Assembly: GCA_043228905.1 (NCBI GenBank)
Contig: JBHGNT010000012.1
Span: forward strand, 10,230,001-10,294,000
Source: Azolla caroliniana
Lineage: Eukaryota; Plantae; Polypodiophyta
Length of the DNA: 64,000 bases
Direction of reading: 5' to 3'
Shown here: positions 12,101 to 25,200 of the stretch, in pieces
Position numbering within the stretch: position 1 is the stretch's first letter
Layout of the letters: each line of letters starts with the position of its first letter
Position numbers and translations under genes: made by a program
Notes under the pieces: generated by a model
The model's database searches: none
The model's input: only the letters and a program-made list of their open reading frames with translations
Told to the model about the DNA's origin: nothing

Positions 12101-15100
12101 CTTCGACTAGGCAGAAGTGACGGCTTCGGACGGCTAGTCGTTTCTTCTCGTCTGTGCGTAATTGTGGTGGAGGTAGTCCTGTAGTTAAAAAGTAGGTCAT
12201 TTCCATAAGCCATTGATCCGGAAAGGTGGATTCCATTTTTTCTGCAATTGTCGCTACTCGCTAGATGTCGGTGTCCGGAAAATCGTCGTCGTCTTTCTGT
12301 ACTATTTCTCCATTCTCAAGTCTGCTCAAAAAATCCACCACTGCGTGTTGCATCCCTGGCCGGTGCTGAATTACGAACTCGAATTCCTGGAGCAGCAACA
12401 TCCATCGCGCCAATTTCCCTGTCAAGGCTTGTTTCTGCACCAAATACAATAATGCCGAATGATCCACGTGGAACGTGAATTTCCATCCTAGTAAATAATG
12501 TCGGAATTTATTGATGTTATAGATCATCCCTAGCGCCTCCCGCTCTGTTGTGGAATAGTTACGCTCTGCTGCTGACAATTTACAACTTGCGTAGTATACT
12601 GGCCTGTACCAGTTTGGTTTGGTGAGTTGCATTAGCGCGCTTCCTATTGCTATGTCCGAGGCGTCGACGAACACGTGGAATGGCTTCACCCAAACTGGAG
12701 GTTGTACGACGGGGGCCTGTGTGAGCATTATCTTAAGTGCCTCATAGGCCTTATCCTCTGTTGCAATCCATTGGAAAGGAGTCCGATGTACGGCAGTGTG
12801 TAGTGGTGTGGCGAAGTCCACCAAATACCGTATCATCCGACTATGCCACCGTATTTGGCCCAGAAATCGGCTAAGTGATTCGGCATTTATCGGGGTTTTA
12901 GCTTGCGTAATAACGGAGATCTTTTTTGGGTCGACCGCTATTCCTTCTTTGCTGACAATGTGTCCTAGGAGAGTCCCACTGGTCACGCCGAAGGCACATT
13001 TCGCGGGATTCAGGCTTACGCGTGCGGTGCGGCAACGTTCCAGGCACAGACGTAAGTGCGAGAAATGGTCTTTTGTTCGCCCATATACCACAAAATTGCC
13101 TAAAAAGACTTGCATGAACGCCGGAATGTATTCCCCAAAGATCTCCGTAATCGTTCGTTGAAATGTTGCCGGCGCTGTCTTTAGCCCGAACATCATGACA
13201 ACCGCCACATATACTCCCCAGTCCGTGACAAATGTCGTCTTCTCCTGGTCCTCGGGGTGCATGCGTACTTGGTTATAGCCACGGAAACCATCTAAGAAAC
13301 TGTACATCTCATGGCCTGCGACGGCGTCCAGCACGCTATTGGTGAAGGGTAAGGGAAATGCGTCCGTAATGGTTACGACGTTTAATTTTTAGTAATCCAC
13401 GCATACCCGTATTTTGCCGTTTTTCTTTGGGACAACCACTATCGGTCTAAGCCATGTCGCTTGTTTAACTTGCCGTATGAACCCCGCCCTCAGCAGCTTG
13501 TCAATTTCTTCTTTCATGCGGGTCGCGTAATTGGGGTTCATGCGGTAGCGGCGCTGCTGGACAGGTTTCACGTCCGTTGCTAAATTGATCTTATGCTGAT
13601 AGAACTTGGGATCTAACCCCTTCATGTCCTCGTGAGCCCACGCGTGTTGCCTTCCGTAGGTACACGAACCTTGGTGCGTCCATGCCGGAAACTGATACAC
13701 TCGTGTTGCCAGCTCTGCTTGATATTTGTTGTTCGAAGCCATGGTTTGCCCAGAAGCACTGGGTACGCTCCTGGGGCATCCAAAGCGAAGACGACCACGG
13801 ATATGTCGAAGCGGTGTCCTCCCACGATGATGCCTATTTTGCGAATTAGCCCCAACGGCCGCACTGATCGGGTATCTGCCATGCGAAGCCAAAATGGACA
13901 CGCCTCCCATTCGGAAATGCCCAACTATTCGCAAGTTTTCGTGCTAATCACATTGACGCCTGAGCCGCCGTCGATTACGCATCTAGGAACTTCCTGTCCG
14001 TGCAATATTACTGTAATGGCCGGGTTGTGCTGATCCACCACTGGTGGTCCCTTGCTGATGTCTGTCAGGTTTGTGGCAACGCTCGCCCCGGTCATGCCCG
14101 CCACCTGTGCTTCCATGGTCTGGCGGAAACGTGGAACTAGCTATAGCAATTTTTCCATAGTTAACGTGATTTCACAGCCTGCTAACACCTGCCAAATGGG
14201 GTCCGGCCCCGATTTTTCGTTCTCTGTTCGCTCCATTGTGTTCGCGGACTCCTGCCTCATACGTTCCTTATTGGTCGCGTTTGCTTTTTCCACCCAAGCT
14301 TGGGCTTGTCGTCGTACCTCGTCCTGCGCAGCCCAATCTGTTGTTTTCGTTTGTTGGCGTGTTGTGACTTGTTGCACCTCTGCCGTAATCGTGTTGACGG
14401 CGGGCCCCTTTCCCTTGCGTGCTGGGCATTGCGTGGCATAGTGTCCGGGTTGCTGACAAATAAAACAATGGATGCTTGATTCTCCCTTCTCAGCCCCAGG
14501 TGGAGTGTGCCGCTCTCCGGGCGCTACTTGCTCTTCGTGGTCCGGCCTCGTTTGTCGTAACGTACACGGTGGCTGCTGTTGGTCCTGTCGTTGTTCCTGG
14601 TGCCGCTCATCCCCCGAGCTTTCGTCGTAACGCCGGTGATCCCTATATTGTCGAGGCTTACCCCGATAGCTATTGAAGCTGCCCCGTTTGTTTGTCGGGC
14701 GTTGATGTTCGTATCGCCGACCCCCTTTGGCGTATCTCGGATGTCCACGATAATCCTCGTCCTCCGGGTCGTCCTCCTCGGACTCGTTGTGATTCCGGCG
14801 ATTCCGGTTGTACCAGTCCTCCCGCGGGTTGCGATCCTTATACCGGGGTCGGTCTTCTTGCCTCCTTTGTTCCGCCCGGTGCGGTTGACGCTGCGTGTCC
14901 ATGCTGCGGACCGCGGGAGTGGCTCTGTTTAACATATTGTACTCGCATTGGTCGACTGTGTGAACCTTCGAGTGGCAGATTGGGCAGTGGATTCGCATAT
15001 TGCACTCCACCGCGGAATGCCCCGAGTTCAAGTAAATCGTGCACTGGATTGCTTGACGAAATTGGCATTCCTCATTCTGAGGTAACACTTGTCGTAAGGA

Positions 15101-16354
15101 TGACATCGAAAACCTCTCCTCCTCGTCATCCAACGCGAGCTATAATGCTCGTTCAATCACCATATCCGTCGTTTCCCCTTTCACGCTATTGTTGTTGAGC
15201 GTGGTCCGGATGGCCGGCGTAACGCTGCTAGAAATGTGTCTTGAGCCTCCTCCTCAGCGGGGCTTCGATCCAGTTTCCATCGTAAATGTTGGAAACGTAA
15301 GCTGAAGTCTGCTATCGTCTCAGTCGAAAGTTGCTTAATTGTATAAAATTGCCCGAGAATCTCGCGTTGTGGAACCCTCCGGTGGTAGAATCGCAAGAAG
15401 GCGGACTGCAGCTGATCGAAGGTTGTTATGGCTGGTAAGTCCATCTGTGAATGCCAGAACGCCGCATGCCCATGTAATGTTAATCCGAACCCCGTCATTT
15501 TCGACTGGTGTGCCACCGTCTCGGAGAGATTCTGCGCCATGTGGTTCGCATTCCAAACGTTCAAGAACATGCGAATATGAGTTGCGGCGTCAGTTTCGCC
15601 GTTAAAGCGGGGGTAGGCAAAGGCCATCGTGGGAGCTACGGCGGATCGGAAAAGGTAACCGGGTGGCTGCGGTGAGCGTGGTCTCCTCGTCTCGTCGAGG
15701 TATTTGGGGAGCAAGGAATCCCCTTTGCACTCCTGGCAGGTAGTACTGAGGTCGCCGATGCACGGCTTTTGCCGGGCGCGTTCTTCTGCCTGGCGAGTGA
15801 CGGACCTTGTTATTGGTTGGTCTTGTCTTATTGGTTCTCTGGGTCGTCTGCGGCTAAACATCCATTCGTTGTTGCTCCTCTGTGAGGAAACACAGATCAC
15901 CAAGCGTGCCAAAAGTGTTGCCTCTTAGGAACACGGTCCGTGGTTAGTCCTTCGACCTAGACCCCAAGGTGGGTGTGGAACAACGAACAGAGCTCAAGCG
16001 TACTGCGTAAGGAGAGAACCTCTGTAATTCCTTCGCGTATAAGGGAAGATGACTACAACCGAATCCTTATCACAGGTTACACTTACGTACTACTACGCTT
16101 ACGTATCTGAGACACAGACACTGAATTAGCCGCAGCTATACACAGAAACTCAGAGAAGATAGTATTCTATTATCAGGTGTTCTTTTACATTTCCCAAAAT
16201 TTACACGCACCTCCATAAGAGGTTTTCTGCCCTTTATATATGCAGGGTCTAATTAGCCGTTCACGCTTCCCGCATGAACCGTTACATACGTTATGCTTAT
16301 ATAGTTTCTTATTCCTACGCTTTTGGCTGTTCGTTACTATTCCGGCGGACAACA
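9192..16354 (-). mobile_element. Ty3/Gypsy family A-related copy A2, decayed, interrupted by A1
   Basis: 5' LTR 16354-15916, PBS TGGCACGCTTGG, gag/PR/RT/RH/INT fragments (15912-11320) with internal deletions, extra-ORF homologue ~11130-9192. Confidence 0.9.
15916..16354 (-). repeat. 5' LTR of A2
   Basis: TGTTG...CAACA termini on minus strand, TATATAAAG box, followed by CTTTTGGCACGC; interrupts the protease of A3. Confidence 0.82.
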
Positions 16355-19010
16355 ATTACAAGTTCGTAGACTAATCACGTTCATGCACGATCCTCCGTCC
16401 ACAATCATTCCTGGTAGTTCTCGTCCTTTGACGATGGCGGTGATTGCCGGACTGTTCGTGTCAACCACTGCTGGCCCTTCTTCCGGATTTGAGAAGAACG
16501 TAGGAGCTGGCAATGGAATTGATGTGGTCATTCCTGATTTCACCCCTTCCGTAAACCGGGGCACTAGCTATAATAACCTACCCAATGGCAGCGTAATTTG
16601 ACATTCTTGTAACGCTCGCCATGTTGGGTTTTCCGGCTGAATCGTGTCAGTGGCCTCTTCCGGTTTATCGTTTTGTTGCTCAAGCTCAACCACATTCCAC
16701 TGATTTTCCGTCTTCACCCAATCTGTGGCTTGCTTTCAGATTGCCTCCTATGTTTCCCACTCCGTTGTTTTGCCTTTTGCCCTGGTGGTGACTTGTTGTA
16801 TGTCGGCGACTTCTACTACCACCATATTTACTGTTAGTCGTTTCTCGTAACTTTTAACCGGACATTGATTACTGTAATGTCCTTCTTGTCGGAAATAGTA
16901 GCAGTACGCTTTACGGGTATTGCTGGATTCGGCGTTCGCTCTAGTACCCGGTTGAGGTCCTGTTGGTGGTCGGTTAGGTGCTTGGCCTTGGTCCGTTTGG
17001 GTGTTTGGTGTGCCCTTGTCCGGCTGCCATTGGTGGTCCTCCTTTCTAGCGTTCCATTTTTTGTTGAAGCGTTTTTTGTTCCGATAACCCTGTCGGGGCT
17101 GGTTTTCATAATTTCCTTGATCCTCCCTCCGTTGGTTGTAACCGGGGGAGTGATCCCGGTTGTATCGCTCATATTGATCACCGTTGTAATCCCGGTAGCT
17201 ATTCGGCCGGTCTCGATCGTGAGCGTCTTTTCTGTCATTGTGCCGGACATCTTGCGCCGGCCGGTAACGCTCATCTCGCCGCCAGCGTTCTTCTTCCTCC
17301 TCCTGGTATCTCCGGGGTTTGATTTGCCTTACTAGTGCCACTTGCCGGTTCAGAAAGTTATATTCACATCGGTCCATTGTGTGCGCCCTGGAATGGCATA
17401 ACATGCACTGTGTCCGCATGGTACATTTTATTGCCGAGTGCCCGACATTGAGACAAGTCGTACATTGTATAGCCTCCCGAAAACGTAGGTCATCTTCTGT
17501 CGGTAATGTACGCTGGAGTGCCCCCATTGATAGCCACGAGCTTGTTTTCTCCATCTCCCTGACCCGTACGCAGGGGTTCCCAGAGTGTTGTTAGGAATAT
17601 TGCTTTAGCCTCTACTTTTGGTGGTGCCCGATTTAGCTGGTTGTGCATTCGCTGGAACCGGATTACGAATTGCTGAATGGTTTCCGTAGGTTCCTGCAGT
17701 ATGGTGTAGAATAGGACGACCATCTCCCGTTGATCCACCTCCTTGTTGAAGAACTGTAAAAATCTGGTTTTTAAGTCCTAAAACGTCGTGATGGTGCCGT
17801 GAGGGTGCGTCAAGCGCCATCGCGCGGTTGGTCCTTCCAAGGTCATGCCGAACTCTGCAATCTTCAAGCGTTCTACTTCGGTGGCGCTCAATCGTTGCGA
17901 CACATGGTTTGCTTCCCCTGTTTGTAGAAATGCATAGACACGAGCTTCCGCGTCCGGATCATCCTGGTAGTTGGGATATTGGAATGACATGTCGTCGTTC
18001 GGTGTCGGAACATGGGCTAGTGGTGTCGGAGGTCTCCCCTCCTCTTCTTTCGGTGTCAGAGGTCTTTCCTCCTCTTGCCGGTCTGGGGCTTCCAGTTTCG
18101 TAAACTCCGGTTTTGGTGTCGGCAAGGTATCCGACTGCTCGTCCTCCGGTTCGTCTGGGGTGTCGTGGTTGCTACGGTAATTCGAGTGGGCGTTGCATTT
18201 GCCATCCGAATCCGATTCGAAGGTCGAGAACAGTTCCGAATCGCCTTCCCCTATTGCTAATGCTTGCAGAATGGATTCCGCATCCCGGAGACTACTCATG
18301 CTACTTCCTTTGTTCAGGTGGGGAGTCTATTGCACGCGGAGTGACTCCGCGACCACTCACCGGATTACTTTGGAAAATGATCGATCTGCACGGATCTCTT
18401 TTTCCGCCTACTGGAAAGCCTCTTGCTTCCGCAATCGTTTGGCAAGTCTTCTTGCTTGCTCCGTAACCGGGTCATTCGTTGGTCTAGTCATCCATTCCCG
18501 TTGTTGTTCACTTCGTTTGTGCAGGAATCGTGGTCGCCAAAAATTGTGTTTTCGCTAGGGCCGGACAATGGCCTAACACAGGGGGTCCCTTTAAGACACT
18601 TCACCAAAGGGGTGTTGCGGTGAAACAAACTTAGACTGAACTATTAATGAAACCCTAATTGGTTACTAATCGGCAATATCATTAGTCACAATACACGCGT
18701 AAGATGGATTACACTCAGCACAAAATGGTAATTAACTTGATTAAGATACAGAACAACATCACTATATTAATTATCTGCTAATTCATTACAAACAGACTGG
18801 GCCCTTTTATAGGTCTTCGGCTCTAGGTACAAATCAGTGCCAACCGGCAACCGGCTACGAACCGGTCCGGATCCGGATCGACATACCGATTCCGGGTCTA
18901 TCCGTTCGCTTCTCAAAATCATAATAATTCTATATTATAGATAATCAGCTCCCGGTTATTCATTATCCCACTGTTTCCCATTCTAGACTTCCCTTGCCGA
19001 CCGGCTAACA
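16355..19010 (-). mobile_element. Ty3/Gypsy family A copy A3 (5' LTR, gag, start of protease), interrupted by A2
   Basis: ORFs 17778-18299, 16748-17554 and 16337-16564 match A4 gag/PR; LTR 19010-18547; PBS TGGCGACCACG. Confidence 0.9.
18547..19010 (-). repeat. 5' LTR of A3
   Basis: TGTTAGCC...AAAACA, 464 bp, homologous to the 462-bp A4 LTRs. Confidence 0.87.
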
Positions 19011-19951
19011 TCGCTCTCTCGTTGGGTTCAGCTTCCTCAATCGATTCTACTCTTCCCCTCAAGTTCGGCACATCGAGGTGCTATAGACCAAACAAACTCG
19101 AGAATTGCCGCAACTTATCTAGATCGAGAGGTTTGGTGAAGATGTCGAGACTGTTTTGGAGGCATCTAAGCTTCTCTGATCATCAGCTCCCCGATGACAT
19201 AAGGCCGGAGAGCAATAATTAAGTTATTTTTTGTTTGTACATGCTTACATAAAATTTTAGGGTGGCAACGGTCAACTCTAAGTTGCCTTCATCGACTCGG
19301 ACACGTCTATTCCCGCCCAAGCTTTCCACATCGAGGAGGAGATTGGTAGAATCATTATCTTCATATTTGAGATTGTGTAATTTCCCATATGTGAAAGTCT
19401 TGCAGTTTCCAAGATGTGGTGCACTACTCCGTCTTCCTCGACATATATTAAGCCTCACTCTATCCACATAATAGAAAACAAACTCAGCTAAGCAAAAAAT
19501 AGCACAAATTTAAGTAATTTGGGCCAAAACATTTTGTCTTTAGCCCCTAAAACAGGACATTTTTTCCTTTTAAACCTATCTTAATTTTGACAAAAATATA
19601 ACGTTTTCAACCGAAATCCATTGCACTACATCGGATTTCTAGTGAAAGCAATAGGCTTTCAACCAAAATTTGATGGACTGCAATGAATTTTGGATTAAAG
19701 CACGAGACCTTATGCTTTCAACCATAATTTGATGCGCTGCATCGGATTTTGGTTGGAAGTCTGGTGCTTACAATAGAATTGTGATGTTGTGCATAATATT
19801 GATGTTGGTGAATGTTTTGAAAAAAGCAAAAATCTAGGTTTAGATTAAAAAGCATCTTTAAGGAATATTTTAGAATCTTGATATTTGGGCGAATAAAACA
19901 TACCTGGCGACGAAGTGTACGAGAAGGCAAAAAGCAAGAGTGCTTGATCAT
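19011..19951 (-). pseudogene. 5' remnant of a cargo gene paralogous to the N-terminus of the ParB-methyltransferase gene
   Basis: FTYGKLHNLKYEDNDSTNLLL (19219-19467) matches FSYGKIWRLDYEDADSTNLIV (25041-25562); candidate exon 1 19951-19904 with CAG|GTATG donor; TATA-like CTATATAAG near 20013-20021. Confidence 0.65.
19604..19760. repeat. Three ~46-bp imperfect palindromes, consensus core AATCCGATGC-N3-GCATCGGATT
   Basis: Units at about 19604-19649, 19655-19701 and 19714-19760, each (G)CTTTCAACC...GGTTGAAAGC-like. Confidence 0.75.
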
Positions 19952-20192
19952 CTGTGCTCTTGAGCTCGTTGACTTCTTATGCGTGATAATAACAATGAGG
20001 GGAAGACCTTCACTTATATAGTAGATTAAATGATAATAATTTTAAGAAAAGAAATTTTAAATTTAAAAAAAAGGTAAAACATTAGAAAATAATAATATTA
20101 ATAATAGAAACAAAATTGAAAATAAACAAATGTATATTATGTGGTTTATTTATTGTTTTTTTACCTATTGGATCTTAACCAAAATAAGGAAG

Positions 20193-21042
20193 ATGTCCTC
20201 AACTTCTAGTAGAATTTCTTTATTTTCTCTACACCGTTTTATATTATCTAATAACTCGTTATTTTCGATTGATGAGTATAACCACCTAGGTGTTCAAAAT
20301 GGCCAACATCAAAGGTCGACTTGTGATGTTATGCATAGTTCAAACTCACTTTTTTCGATCACGTGTTTGAACTCTTGTTGTTTCCAAATGAGCAAAAGGT
20401 GTGAAAATAGTCTCAAGGTTGATACATCTAGTGACAAAAATTCCTTCAAAAGTTAGTGTCAAAATTTTTAACTTTTTGACTTCGGATAATCAAATTGCAT
20501 TAGATACGAACAAGTCATGTTGTGGGAGTTTGTGTGTTTCTAAAATTGGAAAGGCAAGCTTAAGGGTATTACGACAAAAGTACTTATCACTTAATGGTAA
20601 AGAACAATCTACTTTTCTGATTTCACATATGCAAATAATTTTGGATCACACAATAGCGGCTAATTCAACGCATTTTGAATATTACCTTACACTTTGTATC
20701 ACACAAAATTGCTTATAGCATTGGTAATATGAGGCTACATCGAATTCAACTACGTCTAGTAAAGGGATCGTGGGTGCCTTTCGACAAGAACACAACTGGA
20801 TATAAGGGTTTGATTGGGCGCCATGTTATTTAGGTGGATGGAGATATATTTCCCAAAGCAATGTGATATTATGCCTACTACTGGAAGATTACATTTGTCT
20901 GATAACATTACTCATGATGAGGTATATCAACTGTATAAGGATGAAATTGTTAGAAAGTGTACCTTACGTACAATATCAACATTTCAATTGATTATGGAGG
21001 TTGTAGTTTAACAATGTGGTTATACCTGTAAGGTCCGGATGG
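20193..21042 (+). pseudogene. Sola-like transposase of outer element, 5' part
   Basis: FSIDEY, KSCCGSLC...YLSLNGKEQ and CDIMPTTGRLHLSDN match the 33792 ORF; ends at KVRM at the insertion point of the inner element. Confidence 0.85.
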
Positions 21043-21077
21043 AACACGTTCGCGTTCAGAAGTGGAAGGATCACGCA
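21043..21077 (+). repeat. Left TIR
   Basis: AACACGTTCGCGTTCAGAAGTGGAAGGATCACGCA. Confidence 0.93.
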
Positions 21078-22217
21078 TTCCACTTTTAGATTCCCTTCAT
21101 AGTCACACAATTTTAGCTTGTTGTGAAATATGACGTGCACCAGTATCACATGATAAACCACAGGGGTGAATTTATTGATTTATTAATCGAATACATCCCT
21201 ATACCAAGAGAACATGCTATTTATTGGAGAAAATATAAATGTACTAGATTTATTCTTGCAGTGTTTACAAATTTAGGGTTGGTTTTTACTCCGCATTCAT
21301 TTTATACAAATTAATTATTTGACTAAAGCATTAACAAACAGGAATTCCATTTTCATGAGATGTGAAGTGCATAGGTTTACAGTGGTTAAACTTTCCAAGA
21401 GAGGTGTATATGCTATTTGAGAAATTGATATTTACATATTATTGAATACAATACATAATGACTAATAGTTAGTAAAGATCATTAGGATATAATACCAAAT
21501 GTATATGTTCATGACAACACATGAAAATTAGAAGTAGAAAGCGTACTCATAACTATTAGTTTACATTACATTAGACATACAAGAATATACCCAAAACATA
21601 TATGACTATTATTAAGGTATAGGCAATGCTAAATTTTTGCATGCCATAATAGAGATAACTCTCCGGTATTAACGTTAAAGCATGCATTAAAATTTTCATT
21701 TGATTGTCTACACATAAACACTAAATCAAGAGGTTAAACACATATATACAAATGGAGTAATAATAATCTAGCCCTCCATACATCTAGTCCAGACAACCAT
21801 CAACCATAAAAACATGATTATTGTTGTACAATCCCCTCTAATAAAGCAAATACTCCCCAATATCTACAAATGCCTCCTTCAGTCCCAGTAAATGTTATTG
21901 ATCATAGTTATTCTATAAGTATAATAAATTCAAAAAGTGATTGGCAATAGCAAACATGGAACTAAGTTTTATAAACACAATTGATGGGTAAATATGAAGA
22001 ATGAACATACATTTTCTTTGATCTTAACAATATGCTTAGATGATAGTCCAACAAATTTAATAAATATGTGCCACAAGATATAAATATAGCAACACATTAA
22101 CTAAAACATAATATAACACCATATAAACAAATAAATTGGATCATATTAGGAAATAGAATTGATTAAAAGATCTTTGATCAGAAGTAAATACATTAAAAGT
22201 TTTTTTATAAACTCTAA

Positions 22218-25200
22218 CTACATCGCTAGGAGAGTATCCATATCATTGGATTCATCATCAATCGGTGAACTATTATCCACTTTTAGCGTAGTAGTATCCA
22301 TTCTAGATAGACTCGCTACCATGGGGTCCTTCGTTAAGTCATCGTCAAGCTCGACGAGTTCCCAGGTTCACGAGCCAGAGGAATCGGTTCACACGAGGCA
22401 GGCTGAAAATGTTTGGTATCTGCCATATGTTTGGCGCCTACCTCCTCATCTTGATTGGGGCATTCCCAAAGCGCGCGAAGCCACATATTGATGAAGTTCA
22501 CCTGCTCCTCATCTTTCTCCAATGCAACCGAATTTCGGAAAAGCTTCAAAGCACATGCCGAAGTGTTGCCTAAACACCATAAATAAGAAATAATGAGTAT
22601 TATCATAGGTCTAAATATAAATAAAACCTTCAACATATTGGGAACATTATTCGACCATTTACCTATGCCAGAAAACAAGTCCAATATCCAGTCATCTTCA
22701 TTCAAAAACATCTCCACAAGGCGCATCATTAAACGTTGGGGCTTTTGGTAGGGATTCACAAGCCCACGCACAGTCGTGGTCACATGTCGAAGCTTCCGTG
22801 TCACGGCTGGATATACGCGCAGGTTTGAGCATCCCACCTCATTCGAATGCTCCTTCATTCTTTGATTCTTGATCTCGTCATAGTAACCAACTGTTATATA
22901 TTCCATTGTGTTGACGAACCGAAAAGTCGGTCCCCTATTTACGTTGGTTTTAATCCTAATCATTGAGAAAAAAGTTATAAGCAATTTAAATTATAATATA
23001 TAATTCCTATTGAAATACAGTGCTTTCGATAAAATCCTTACCAAGCAAGGTTCTCAATTCCATGGCAATGAGATCTCAATGCTTGAGCCACGAAATATCC
23101 CTGATCCATGCTATGAAATATTACAATTCTCCACAAGGAAGCGGTGGTCAAGTCAGCGAAATCTTTTACCATTTTTTCCAACTGCTTGAACCTAAAAGGT
23201 TTGTCATCGTAGATCGAACCAGCCATACGAAAACTGTATGGAATATCAGCTACCATTAATGTATACTCTTTCTTTGGCAGCTTCTGGATCATGTCAGCCA
23301 CATCCCCACAATAAACATTGTAGTACAGATCTCTGGTGATGTCTTTTTTGTGGCTAAACTTCTTGAAGGTGCCGTCATCTTCCACCTCAAACGCCCTTAC
23401 CAAGCGTCGATCCTTCTCTTTTCTGGCCCTTTGAAGATGCGCAAGAAAGGATGTTGGAAAGTCATGTATATCCTTTATTTCACCAGGCCTCTTACTCCGA
23501 CATGGTTTCTAAAAAAAAATAAGACATCAACAAAGTTATAGTGATACACGGGATGGACCACCACAAATTGATCAAACAAAGAGTTATACTCACCCAATCC
23601 TTAAATGCAATGAAATATTCCGATAACGCCTTGTACGAAGACGTTATCGGATATTCTTCAGTCACTTGTTCCCACGATAAGCAATCTAGTTGCTTCATCA
23701 TCACTTCTTGTATTTTCATATAGACTTTGTGGCTGAAAATTTATAAACCAACATTAAAAATTCATTTCTTAAAACAAGATAAACCATAAAAAATTTAGTA
23801 AGACCTTACTTGTTGAACTCCGTAACCATTTCCTCTAGGCTCAGCTCCTTCGCTACAACTCTTGAAAGCACAAATATAAGAAGTTGCTCATCTTTGATCC
23901 CTTGCATTGCCCTCCATAAAGACTACTTCATATCATCTATCGCTTTCTCAATGGTAAGCTCTCTATCTTCTTCGCAACTGAGCTCTTCAATTCTAATTGA
24001 GGGTCAACTTTCAACTTTTTTTGTCTTTGACCCTTCACTTCCTTATTCTCCCACATCGTAAATATTTGATCTTGAAGATCCTAGACTCCTCCATCCCTAA
24101 ATGCAAGTTGAAACCATGGCTCATACTTTCTGATTCCATCAGACTTCACTACATTGTCCACCACAAATCCCACTTTGTGGAGACATTGATGTTGTAGAGT
24201 TGGATATAATTTCGCTCCATATTTGGTTTTTCCATTGAGGTACTCGTGGTGAAAAAATCTAATGCGTTCGATGGAGGACATTTTCTGCCGGTAGCCATTG
24301 TCGTTATTGTGGTCCCATGCTAACAACTTCGCCTCCTCAGATGTTAACCCCACATAAATTTTGCATTCCGCATATTTGAAGAAGAACGTTGTGGGATGCT
24401 CGCGGACTAATTGTCGTCTGGCCTCCACCGAGTGAGATCCTCCAATCACAAAATAATTGTATTGGTCGTGCTTCTTAATATCAAAATCCTCTAGATTAGA
24501 ACACTCAAGAGGATCCACCATTACAATAAAAGGCACGATCGTTGCATGAGGGTTGATTTTCATCTTCTTCTTTAAATTTTGGACATGCATCTTATGTGGT
24601 TCCTTGATCTCCAAAGGGCGACGTCCTGTATTCTCAACCACTGGGGGGCGATGAATATGGGTTATCGGAAGGTTAAAAACTTGCCCCTTCCGCACAAGTT
24701 TTCTATGTATTAAGTCCCTTCTAATTTTATTTTGTTCTGATGAGAACACACCAGATGCCAGCTCTGCTCCTGGTGTAGCTTGAGCCTCTTCATCCTTTGT
24801 TGAACTCGATGACTCAGAATCTGACATTCTCGTCACCTTCTTTTTTGAGGGCCTGGACTGCACCGCAAATTTCCTTATTGGTGCTTTAATAGGCGATAAG
24901 GAGGCTGTCTTCAAATTAACATGTCCTTGAATATATGACCTCAGTGTTGTTATTAAGTTAGTACTTGTCTCAATAACATGTCGGAAGGATTCTGGCCCGC
25001 ATGAATCCTTCAACAAGTAGTCTTTGGAGAACATCATCTGTCAAACTCCTTTTGTACAATTGACTAATACAATCAAATTAGTTGAGTCCGCATCTTCATA
25101 GTCCAGCCTCCAGATTTTGCCATAGCTAAATGCATGATCTTGAGCCATCATACCATGTCCAGCCAGTCTGGTAACTAACAGTACTACTTTCTTTTTGGAG

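Noticed and set aside
21100-22200. Additional cargo gene near the left TIR
   Set aside because: AT-rich, only short ORFs; more likely 3' UTR or subterminal sequence
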